Source: an uncultured Chloroflexia bacterium
GTDB taxonomy: Bacteria; Chloroflexota; Limnocylindria; Limnocylindrales; CSP1-4
DNA: 64,000 nucleotides
Direction: 5' to 3'
NCBI GenBank assembly: GCA_963734535.1
Contig: CAVTHS010000002.1
Location: 96,001-160,000 of the forward strand
Part shown: positions 43,072-51,238 of the stretch, one piece after another
Position numbering within the stretch: position 1 is the first letter of the stretch
Layout of the letters: each line of letters begins with the position of its first letter
Notes under the pieces: generated by a model
Told to the model about the DNA's origin: nothing
What the model saw: the letters and a program-made list of their open reading frames with translations, nothing else
Database searches by the model: none
Translations under genes and position numbers: made by a program

Positions 43072-43961
43072 CCCGCTCCCGGGTCACCCGGCTCGGCCGC
43101 GGACCCGGCCTCGGAGGCCGTGACCGCGAGCTCGGATTCGAGCTTCTCGCGCATCAGCTCCACGGGCGCGGGCTGCCCGGTCCAGAGCGTGAAGGCCGCC
43201 GCTCCCTGGTGGAGCAGCATGAGCTCGCCGTTCTGGGTCGAGCATCCGGCGGCGGCCGCGTCGATCAGGAGCCGCGTCTGGGGCGGGTTGTAGATCAGGT
43301 CGAGGACGAGCAGGTCGCTCGGCAGCAGCTCGGCCGGGATGGGGCTGACGTCGCCCGCCAGCCCCACCGACGTGGCGTTGACGAGGACGCGGGCCCGGGT
43401 GAGCTCCGCCTCGATGATCGACTCGTGCCAGGGCATCGCGCGCAGCTCCATGTGGGCCGCGCTTCGTCCGAAGAACTTCACCAGCGCCTCGGCCCGATGG
43501 AGATGCCGGTTGAAGACGACGATCCGCTGGAATCCCTCCGTCACCAGGCCGTGAACCACGGCCCGGGCGCCACCGCCCGAACCCAGGACGACGGCCTGGC
43601 GGGGCATCTTCTGCTTGCCGACGAGGCGGTCGAGCGCGACCCGGAAGCCCGGGACATCCGTGTTGTGGCCGACGAGCTTCCGCCCCTCCTTCGTGATCGT
43701 GTTGACCGCACCGGTGGCGTGCGCTTCCTCGGTGAGGCGATCCATCAGCGCGGCGACCTTCTCCTTGTGGGGGATGGTCACGTTCGCACCCAGGAAGTCG
43801 TCTCCGCGCAGCTCCGTCATGGCGTCGGGAAGCTCCGCTGCGGTCCGGTCCCAGAGCTCGTAGGTCGCGGGGATTCCCAGGGAGTCCAGGGCAGCCTGCT
43901 GCATCGCGCCCGAGAGCGAATGGGCCACGGGATGGCCGATGAGCACGATCCGCTTCGTCAT
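43068..43961 (-). CDS. aroE: Shikimate dehydrogenase
   Basis: GHPVAHSLS, NVTIPHK, GAVNT, NTD and NATSVG motifs. Confidence 0.95.
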   Translation of the reverse strand: MTKRIVLIGHPVAHSLSGAMQQAALDSLGIPATYELWDRTAAELPDAMTELRGDDFLGANVTIPHKEKVAALMDRLTEEAHATGAVNTITKEGRKLVGHNTDVPGFRVALDRLVGKQKMPRQAVVLGSGGGARAVVHGLVTEGFQRIVVFNRHLHRAEALVKFFGRSAAHMELRAMPWHESIIEAELTRARVLVNATSVGLAGDVSPIPAELLPSDLLVLDLIYNPPQTRLLIDAAAAGCSTQNGELMLLHQGAAAFTLWTGQPAPVELMREKLESELAVTASEAGSAAEPGDPGAG

Positions 43962-45307
43962 GCGCGCACCCTTTCCAGCTCGTCGAAGAAGCCCGGGTAG
44001 GAGACGTCGGCGGCGCCGGCGTTCCCGACGAGCGTGTTCCCCTCCGCGATGAGGCCCGCGATGGCGAACGTCATCGCCAGGCGGTGGTCGTCATGGCTGG
44101 CGACCGCAGCGCCCCGGAGCGCCCGGCCACCCTCGATCTCGATCACGTCTCCGTCCGCCCGAATCCGGGCCCCGAGGGCCGCGAGCCCGGCAACGATGCC
44201 TGCGACGCGGTCCGATTCCTTGTGGCGCAGCTCCCCGATGCCGCGAATCCGGCTGCGGCCGGACGCGACCGCGGCAGCGAGGCAGAGGATCGGGATCTCG
44301 TCGATCGCCCCCGCGACATCGGCGGGATCCACGTCGATTCCGTGAAGCGAGCTGCTCCGGACGACGAGATCGGCGATCGGCTCGCCGGACGCGCCGTCCG
44401 CGCCGGTCCCGACCGGCCGTTCTTCGATGTCGGCGCCCATCCGGCGCAACAGGTCGATGATCCCACGCCGCGTCGGGTTCGTCCCGACGTTCCGGATGAG
44501 CAGGTCGGCGTCGGGGTGGATGGCTGCGGCCACCAGCCAGAACGCCGCTCCCGAGACGTCACCCGGCACGCGTTCGTCGAGCGGATGCACCGCTGCCGGC
44601 CCGACGACCTCGTGGATGGCGCTTCCGTCGCCGAGGATGTCCGTGTGGACGGGCACGCCGCGGGCGCGCAGCATCCGCTCGGTGTGGTCGCGGGTCTGGA
44701 GCGCCTCGCGCACGACGGTCGGGCCCGCGGCGGCCAGCCCGGCAAGCAGGACGCACGACTTCACCTGGGCGCTCGGGACCGGAGAGGCGTGCTCGATCGC
44801 GCGGAGCCGTGCCGAACCGGTGATCGCGAACGGCGCCAGCGTGGTGTCGGCTCGCCCGGCGATCGCTGCGCCCATCGCGAGGAGGGGCGCGGCGATCCGT
44901 CCCATCGGCCGGCGCCGGAGCGACTCGTCTCCGTCGAGGATGCCGAACGCGGGCAGGCCGGCCAGGATGCCCGCCACCAGCCGGAACGTGGTGCCGGAGT
45001 TCTGGCAGTCCAGGACCGCGGCCGGCTCGCGGAGCGCCGCGCGGCCCGGTGAGACGACGAGGTAGTCCACGGTGCGAGCGTCACCGCCGAGTCGCGTCAC
45101 GCGCGCTCCCAGCGCCGATGCCACGCCGGCCGTGGCCCGCACGTCTCGCCCGTCACCGGCGCCCGTGATCCGGCTCTCGCCCTGCGCGAGGAGCGCCAGC
45201 AGGAGCGCCCGGTGGCTGATCGACTTGTCGCCGGGCAGCTCGAGCTGGCCCCGCAACCGGCCCGCCGGGCGCACGGTCACCTGGTCCGCGATGGGCGCGT
45301 CGAGCAT
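43958..45307 (-). CDS. aroA: EPSP synthase
   Basis: PGDKSISHR, NSGTT, SAQVKS, RDHTE, KESDR and DHRLAM motifs. Confidence 0.95.
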   Translation of the reverse strand: MLDAPIADQVTVRPAGRLRGQLELPGDKSISHRALLLALLAQGESRITGAGDGRDVRATAGVASALGARVTRLGGDARTVDYLVVSPGRAALREPAAVLDCQNSGTTFRLVAGILAGLPAFGILDGDESLRRRPMGRIAAPLLAMGAAIAGRADTTLAPFAITGSARLRAIEHASPVPSAQVKSCVLLAGLAAAGPTVVREALQTRDHTERMLRARGVPVHTDILGDGSAIHEVVGPAAVHPLDERVPGDVSGAAFWLVAAAIHPDADLLIRNVGTNPTRRGIIDLLRRMGADIEERPVGTGADGASGEPIADLVVRSSSLHGIDVDPADVAGAIDEIPILCLAAAVASGRSRIRGIGELRHKESDRVAGIVAGLAALGARIRADGDVIEIEGGRALRGAAVASHDDHRLAMTFAIAGLIAEGNTLVGNAGAADVSYPGFFDELERVRA

Positions 45308-45315
45308 GGCCGCGC

Positions 45316-46380
45316 TCAGCTCGTCGAGCCGGCCGCAGAGATCGCGCCGCCGCGGGGCGCGTGGAGCGGCGCGGCCTGCGCGTGCACGGGCCGGACGGCG
45401 GCGACGAGCGCCGCGAACTGCTCCAGCGTCACGGACTGCTCGCCGTCGGAGAGCGCCTCCTGCGGGCGCGGGTGAACCTCGATGAGGAGGCCGTCGGCGC
45501 CGATCGCGGCCGCTGCCAGCGAGAGTGGTGCCACCAGCCATCGCTTGCCGGTCGCATGGGACGGATCGATGACCACGGGCAGGTGGGTCAGCTCGTGCAT
45601 CAGCGGCACGGCCGCGATATCGAGCGTGTTGCGCGTCGCCGTCTCGAACGTCCGGATGCCGCGCTCGCAGAGGATGACGTTCGGGTTGCCGCTCGACATG
45701 ACGTACTCGGCGGCCATCAGCCACTCCTCGATCGTGCCCGACAGCGCGCGCTTGATGAGGACGGGACGCCCGGTCTTGCCGACGGCCGTCAGCAGCGAGT
45801 AGTTCTGCATGTTGCGTGCACCGATCTGGAGGATGTCGGCGTACTCGGCCACCGGCTCCACCTGGCCGGGCTCCATCACCTCCGTGATCACGGGCAGGCC
45901 CGTCCTCTCGCGAGCCTCGGCCAGGAGCCGCAGGCCGTGAAGGCCCAGGCCCTGGAACGAATAGGGGCTCGTTCGCGGCTTGAACGCGCCGCCCCGCAGC
46001 ACGTCGGCGCCCGCCGCGGCGACCGCGTCGGCCGTCTCGAAGAGCTGCTCCCTGGACTCGACGGCACAGGGCCCGGCCATGATCGCGAGCGAGCCGTCCC
46101 CGATCCGGACGGCGCCAACCTCGACCACGGTGTCCTCGGGATGGAATGCCCGCGAGGTGAGCTTGAAGGGGCGGTTCGAGCGGGTCACGGACGCCACTCC
46201 CGGCAGCGCTCCCAGGCGGGCGCCGAGGCGGTCGAGCCGGGCTCCGCCCTCGCCCAACACGGCGATCACCGTCCCGCGCGAACCCCGGTTCTCGTGGGGC
46301 GTCAGCCCCTCGTCGAGGATCAGGCTGCGAACGGCATTGAGCGCTTCCTCGCTCGCCCCGAGCGACATGACGACGAACAT
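45316..46380 (-). CDS. aroF: DAHP synthase, type I-beta with N-terminal regulatory domain
   Basis: [31 protein letters not shown] and DPSHATG motifs. Confidence 0.95.
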   Translation of the reverse strand: MFVVMSLGASEEALNAVRSLILDEGLTPHENRGSRGTVIAVLGEGGARLDRLGARLGALPGVASVTRSNRPFKLTSRAFHPEDTVVEVGAVRIGDGSLAIMAGPCAVESREQLFETADAVAAAGADVLRGGAFKPRTSPYSFQGLGLHGLRLLAEARERTGLPVITEVMEPGQVEPVAEYADILQIGARNMQNYSLLTAVGKTGRPVLIKRALSGTIEEWLMAAEYVMSSGNPNVILCERGIRTFETATRNTLDIAAVPLMHELTHLPVVIDPSHATGKRWLVAPLSLAAAAIGADGLLIEVHPRPQEALSDGEQSVTLEQFAALVAAVRPVHAQAAPLHAPRGGAISAAGSTS

Positions 46381-46429
46381 CTGGCTTCGCCTCGCGTCCC
46401 GATCTTCCCGTGCCGGGCATCCTGCTGGA

Positions 46430-46463
46430 CAAACAAAAAAGCAGAGGCTTGCGACCCCTGCTT
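46430..46463 (-). terminator. Intrinsic terminator (attenuator) in the aroF leader
   Basis: AAGCAGGGGTC-GCAA-GCCTCTGCTT followed by TTTTGTTT. Confidence 0.85.
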
Positions 46464-46508
46464 CCACCCGGCACGAGCCGTGCCTCGGAGCCTACGCCCC
46501 GCGGACGG

Positions 46509-46547
46509 TCATGCCGGGTCCATAAAGAAGAAGTGGTGCGCCTGCAC
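46509..46547 (-). CDS. Putative Phe-rich leader peptide MQAHHFFFMDPA
   Basis: GTG CAG GCG CAC CAC TTC TTC TTT ATG GAC CCG GCA TGA, lying between the promoter and the terminator. Confidence 0.75.
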   Translation of the reverse strand: MQAHHFFFMDPA

Positions 46548-46556
46548 GGTGCCCGG

Positions 46557-46586
46557 ACGATAGCGGCCGCCGGCGGACCCTGTCAA
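46557..46586 (-). promoter_or_regulatory. Sigma70-type promoter of the aro operon
   Basis: TTGACA-18 nt-TATCGT. Confidence 0.65.
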
Positions 46587-46673
46587 CGCGCCGACCGATC
46601 GCGTCGCGGCGCACTCGGACTCCGCCGGCCCGGCTGCACCTCGGCGTCTGCTAGAATCCGCCGGCCGTGGCCC

Positions 46674-46765
46674 GGAGAGGTCGCATAGAGGCCTAGTGCA
46701 GCGGTTTGCTAAACCGCCATGTGGGGTAACCTGCATCGAGGGTTCGAATCCCTCCCTCTCCGCCA
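46674..46765 (+). tRNA. tRNA-Ser(GCT)
   Basis: Anticodon arm GCGGT-TTGCTAA-ACCGC, long variable arm, CCA. Confidence 0.96.
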
Positions 46766-46773
46766 CCTCTCGT

Positions 46774-46849
46774 GCGCCCGTAGCTCAGTGGATAGAGCGC
46801 CAGGTTGCGGACCTGGAGGTCGTGGGTTCGAGTCCCGCCGGGCGCGCCA
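46774..46849 (+). tRNA. tRNA-Arg(GCG)
   Basis: Anticodon arm CCAGG-TTGCGGA-CCTGG, anticodon at 46807-46809, CCA. Confidence 0.93.
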
Positions 46850-46952
46850 CGCGCCTCCCCGTGGCCTCCAGGGCCCCCGGGTGACGACATCGCGCGCCCC
46901 CAGCCCGCCGATCGGCGCCTCAGTGCGCCATCCCGGCCGATCTCCAGCCGGC

Positions 46953-48239
46953 TCAGCGATGCAGGTTTCCCGCCGCCACGAAGCTCAGGCCGTGCTCGGT
47001 CAGGGCGCGCGCCGTGTGGTTCGTCGCGTCGAGCTTGTCCATGAAGTTGAGGGCGAGGTTCTCCCAGTCCCCGCTCTCGACGACCTCGGACTCCGCCCGG
47101 AAGTAGTCCAGGATGTCGGAAGGGTGCGCCCGGGCCCCGTCGACCGCCGGGTCGCCGCCCTCGTGCTTGGCCGAGATGTTGGGCACGTGGCCGGCCAACG
47201 CCATGAGCTCCTCGCGCCGGTCGTACGGCTGGAGGACGATGCTCTTGAACGTCTCGGTGATGTGGTGCTCGAAGCGGATCGCGTCCTCGAAGCCGAGCGC
47301 CCGCCGGATCTCGGCCGTGATCTCGAGCGTCTCGTTGTTCGTCGAGTTGCCCCAGTTGAAGCCGACGAGCGGCGACGTGCCGTCATCGCGGGCGAACAGC
47401 TTCGCCCCGACCATGGTCCACATCCCGGCATACGGGTTGTCGTTGCCCATGAAGACCGAGATCTTGAACTCGATGTCCACCCCCAGGCGGTGGAGGAGGT
47501 AGCCCGCCAGCACGGTCCCCGGGTTGATGTTGAGGACCTGGCGCACCCCGTACTCGGTGTAGTAGTGGAGGAACTCGTCGAGCCACAGGAGCACGTGATT
47601 GTTCGGCTGGCCGATCCCGCCGAAATACCCCGTGATCGTGGCGGGACCGCCGAGGTGGACGTTCGATCCGTCGGTGCCCTTCGTGTCGAGCGTCTCGACA
47701 TAGCTCGAGCCGATGATCTGCATGGCCGCCGCAATCGCCGGGAGGTCGCCCTCCGCCTCCTGCTCCTTCATGCGGCGGACCTGGATCCAGCGAGCCGGCA
47801 TGAGCGAGCGCTCCGCGATCGTCTTCCGGGCGGCCGCGATGACCCACGGGAAGTACTGGAGAGCGCTGACCTCGAGCGTCACCGCCATGTCGTCCGCGAA
47901 CGTCATCGAATCCGCGCGCGTGCCGAGGACGCTCCTGCGGAAGTCGGCGACGCCGACGAAGGCACCCCGGTCACGCTCCGCGGCGAGCCATTCGAGGTCC
48001 GCGAGGTATGCCGGGTGGTCGTTCCGGACGCGCTCGATGAGGGCCGGCAGCTGGCCCGCGATCCGCGCCCGGCGATTGATCTCCTCGGGTGTGCCGTACC
48101 TGGCGACGACGGCCAGGATGTCGTTGACGACCCGCGAATCCGGGTCGACCAGGAACGCGTTGAGCTCGTCGAGCCGTTCGGTCGGGATCGCGAGCCTCTG
48201 GCGGAGGTCGGCCCCGACCTCGATCACCGCGCTGGTCAT
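46953..48239 (-). CDS. Uncharacterised enzyme-like protein (428 aa), translationally coupled to panB
   Basis: Globular, non-repetitive composition with strong GC3 bias; ATGA overlap with the panB stop. Family not recognised. Confidence 0.8.
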   Translation of the reverse strand: MTSAVIEVGADLRQRLAIPTERLDELNAFLVDPDSRVVNDILAVVARYGTPEEINRRARIAGQLPALIERVRNDHPAYLADLEWLAAERDRGAFVGVADFRRSVLGTRADSMTFADDMAVTLEVSALQYFPWVIAAARKTIAERSLMPARWIQVRRMKEQEAEGDLPAIAAAMQIIGSSYVETLDTKGTDGSNVHLGGPATITGYFGGIGQPNNHVLLWLDEFLHYYTEYGVRQVLNINPGTVLAGYLLHRLGVDIEFKISVFMGNDNPYAGMWTMVGAKLFARDDGTSPLVGFNWGNSTNNETLEITAEIRRALGFEDAIRFEHHITETFKSIVLQPYDRREELMALAGHVPNISAKHEGGDPAVDGARAHPSDILDYFRAESEVVESGDWENLALNFMDKLDATNHTARALTEHGLSFVAAGNLHR

Positions 48240-49090
48240 CCGAGCAGCCTCGCGAGCTCGTCGTATTCCTCGTCCTTCATCCCGAACCAGTTCTCCGGCT
48301 GGGGGAACGTCCGCTCGGTCACCTCGCGGACGTAGCCCGCGAGGCCCTCGCGAATCACGGCCCCGGCGTCGGCGAAGACCTTCGCCATCCGCGGCGTGAA
48401 CTTCGGGTAGAGCGCGAACGCGTCGTGGTAGATGAGCAGCTGGCCGTGGGCGTCGGGCCCCGAGCCCAGGCTCATGATGATGCAGTGCTGCGCCCGCTCG
48501 GTGATGAGCCGGCAGACACGGTCGGGGACGAGCTCCAGCAGGATGCAGAACGCCCCCGCCTCCTCGAGGGCCCGCGCGTCGTCGACGATCTTCTTCGCCT
48601 GTGCCGCGCCCTTGCCCTGGAGACGGAAGCCGCCGAGCGCGCTCACGCTCTGCGGGGTCAGGCCAAGGTGGCCGATGACCGGGATGCCGGCCCGCGCGAT
48701 TCCCGCGACGCGATCCGCCATCTCCGCGCCGCCTTCGAGCTTGACCGCATCGCAGCCCGCCTCGGCCATGAAGCGGCCCGCATTGCGGATCGCGCTCTCG
48801 ACGCTCGGCTGGTAGCTCATGTACGGCATGTCGCCGACCAGCCAGGCCGTCGGCGCCCCGCGGCGCACGGCCGCCGAGTGCCGGATCATGTCGTCCATCG
48901 TCACGGGCAGGGTGCTGTCGAAGCCGAGCATCGTCATGCCCAGGCTGTCCCCCACGAGGATCATGTCGATGCCCGCCTGTTCCTGCAGGTGGGCGGTCGG
49001 GTAGTCGTAGCAGGTCAGCCACGTGATCGGCGTGCCCTCCGCCACCTTCGCGAACAGCGCGGGCAGGGTGACCTTCTTCCGATCCGCCAC
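48236..49090 (-). CDS. panB: 3-methyl-2-oxobutanoate hydroxymethyltransferase
   Basis: TCYD, ILVGDSLGM, GDMPYMSY, VKLEGG and GHLGLTPQ motifs; GAGGAGG RBS before GTG 49090. Confidence 0.93.
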   Translation of the reverse strand: MADRKKVTLPALFAKVAEGTPITWLTCYDYPTAHLQEQAGIDMILVGDSLGMTMLGFDSTLPVTMDDMIRHSAAVRRGAPTAWLVGDMPYMSYQPSVESAIRNAGRFMAEAGCDAVKLEGGAEMADRVAGIARAGIPVIGHLGLTPQSVSALGGFRLQGKGAAQAKKIVDDARALEEAGAFCILLELVPDRVCRLITERAQHCIIMSLGSGPDAHGQLLIYHDAFALYPKFTPRMAKVFADAGAVIREGLAGYVREVTERTFPQPENWFGMKDEEYDELARLLG

Positions 49091-49193
49091 CGTGGCCTCC
49101 TCTCGTGGACGGCCGCGGCGCGGCAACGTCCAGCCGCATCATTCCGGGCCCGCCAGGGTCCGGGGAAGTGCCGTTCCGCCTACACTGCCGCCC

Positions 49194-50090
49194 ATGTCGG
49201 AACGAACCCAACCCCGGATCGGCGTCGTCGGCCTCGGCACCATGGGCGGCGCCATGGCCGCCAACCTGGCCCGGGCCGGGTTCCCGCTCGCCGCCTGGAA
49301 CCGGACCCCGGGGCGCTCGCACGAGCTCGAAGCGCTGGGCATCGACATCGCCGCGACGCCGCGGGCCCTCGCCTCGACGGCCGACATCGTGCTGGTCTGC
49401 GTCTCCGACACGCCAGACGTCGAGGCCGTCCTCTTCGGCCCGGAGGGCGTCGCCGAGGGTGCGGCGCCCGGGTCCCTCGTCATCGACTGCTCCACGATCG
49501 ATCCCGCCGGCAGCCGGCGATTCGCGGCTCGCCTCGCCGAGAACGGGATCGGCTTCGTCGACGCACCGGTCACCGGCGGCAGCGAAGGCGCGCGGAACGC
49601 GACGCTCGCGATCCTCGTTGGCGGCGCCCCGGCCGATGTCGAGCGTGCCCGGCCGGTCCTCGCGGCGATCGGCCGGACGATCACGCACCTCGGCCCCGTC
49701 GGGTCCGGCCAGGCGGCGAAGGCCGTCAACCAGGTGATCCTCGCGGCCACCTACCTGGGCGTCGCCGAAGGCCTCGTCCTTGCCCTCAAGGCCGGTCTCG
49801 ACCCGCACCAGGTGGTGGAGGCCCTCTCCGGCGGGGCGGCCCAGAGCTGGGTCCTCGCCAATCGGAGCGGGCGCATGCTCGCCAACGAGTACCCGCTCGG
49901 CTTCAAGGTCGCGCTGCACCTGAAGGACCTCGGGATCGCGCTGGACATCGCCCGCGAATCCGGCGCTGTCCTGCCGATCGCGGGGCTCGTCGCCCAGCTC
50001 GAGGCCGGCCTCGTCGCGACAGGTCATGGAGACGACGACATGTCCGCCCTCGCCCGCGCGATCAGGGGGCTCTCGGGCCTCGAGGCGTGA
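49194..50090 (+). CDS. NAD(P)-dependent beta-hydroxyacid dehydrogenase (3-hydroxyisobutyrate dehydrogenase / tartronate semialdehyde reductase family)
   Basis: GLGTMG, DAPVTGG, GSGQAAKAVNQ and FKVALHLKDL motifs. Confidence 0.9.
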   Translation: MSERTQPRIGVVGLGTMGGAMAANLARAGFPLAAWNRTPGRSHELEALGIDIAATPRALASTADIVLVCVSDTPDVEAVLFGPEGVAEGAAPGSLVIDCSTIDPAGSRRFAARLAENGIGFVDAPVTGGSEGARNATLAILVGGAPADVERARPVLAAIGRTITHLGPVGSGQAAKAVNQVILAATYLGVAEGLVLALKAGLDPHQVVEALSGGAAQSWVLANRSGRMLANEYPLGFKVALHLKDLGIALDIARESGAVLPIAGLVAQLEAGLVATGHGDDDMSALARAIRGLSGLEA

Positions 50091-50122
50091 ACGGCACGAC
50101 CGAGGCAGGGTAGGCTGTCGCC

Positions 50123-50563
50123 ATGCACTACGAGCTCTTCATGGGGGCCGCGCTCGCCGAGGCTCGCGCCGCGGTGGAGAAGGGCGAGCGCCCGCGCGGT
50201 GCCGCCGCGGTCCTCGACGAGGCCCTCGTTGCCAGCGGCCACGAGGAGGTGGTCGCGCGCACCGACCCGACCGCGCACGCGATCGTCGTGACCCTTCGCG
50301 AGGCCGCGGGGCGGCTCGGGAAGACGTCGCTGGCCGGCGTCACCGTCTTCGCGGTCGTCGAGCCCTGCGCAATGTGCGTCGGCGCCCTGCTCGAGTCGGA
50401 CGTCGACCGTCTCGTCTACGCGATCCCGAGCCCGTTCGCCGGTGCCGCCGGCTCGGTGATCCAGCTGGCCGATCATCCCGCGCTCTCGCGGCGGATGGAC
50501 CTCGTCTCGGGGATCCTCCGGGCCGACGCCGCCGACCTGATCGCGGTCGCCACCGAAGCCTGA
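50123..50563 (+). CDS. tadA: TadA-like deaminase-fold protein lacking the catalytic Glu (HAE to HAI)
   Basis: DPTAHA, EPCAMC and GAAGS motifs; sits in the tadA-ffs-dnaX-ybaB-recR gene order. Confidence 0.8.
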   Translation: MHYELFMGAALAEARAAVEKGERPRGAAAVLDEALVASGHEEVVARTDPTAHAIVVTLREAAGRLGKTSLAGVTVFAVVEPCAMCVGALLESDVDRLVYAIPSPFAGAAGSVIQLADHPALSRRMDLVSGILRADAADLIAVATEA

Positions 50564-50674
50564 ATGCCGGTGAGCGGGCGCCAGCCCGCCCCGGCGTTCC
50601 ACGGTCCGCCCCGCTATCCCGCGAGCGATTCGTGCCCGACCCCCCGGCCCTCTGCCTTTGGTATCCTCTCGAGC

Positions 50675-50760
<86 letters not shown>

Positions 50761-50805
50761 CGCCACTCGGACCCGACCTGCCGGTCCCCGCGCCGACGTG
50801 CCCGC

Positions 50806-50893
50806 GGAGAGGTCGCCTAGAGGCCTAGGGCGCCGCACTGGAAATGCGGTATGGGGCAACCCATCGAGGGTTCGAATCCCTCCCTCTCCGCCA
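50806..50893 (+). tRNA. tRNA-Ser(GGA)
   Basis: Anticodon arm CCGCA-CTGGAAA-TGCGG, CCA. Confidence 0.96.
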
Positions 50894-50932
50894 CACCCCG
50901 GGTCCATCCCAGCCCCCTGCTATGATCCCGAT

Positions 50933-51198
50933 GCCGTGCTAGGCGGGGAACTAGCGGTGCCCTGTACCTGCAATCCGCTCCAGCAGGGCTGAATTCCCTC
51001 CCGAGGTCCTCGTCTTCGAGAGCCGCCGGCGTGAACGGCGCCGAGGATCGGGTCCCGCGCAGCGGCGACACGCGAACCGCGTCAGGTCCGGAAGGAAGCA
51101 GCGCTAAGCGAGGCTCGTCGGGTGCCGCGGCCAGGCCTGGTCTGAGTCGATCACGTCGGTGGGCGCGGGGACGGCTTGATCGACGGAGGGTGCACGGC
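50933..51198 (+). ncRNA. ffs: Signal recognition particle RNA, large (Alu-containing) bacterial type
   Basis: TCAGGTCCGGAAGGAAGCAGC helix 8, Alu-like 5' domain, terminal pairing GCCGTGC/GCACGGC, TATGAT just upstream. Confidence 0.93.
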
Positions 51199-51238
51199 AA
51201 ATCTTCTTCCTGTTGCCGCGACCCGGATCGGGAGCCCA

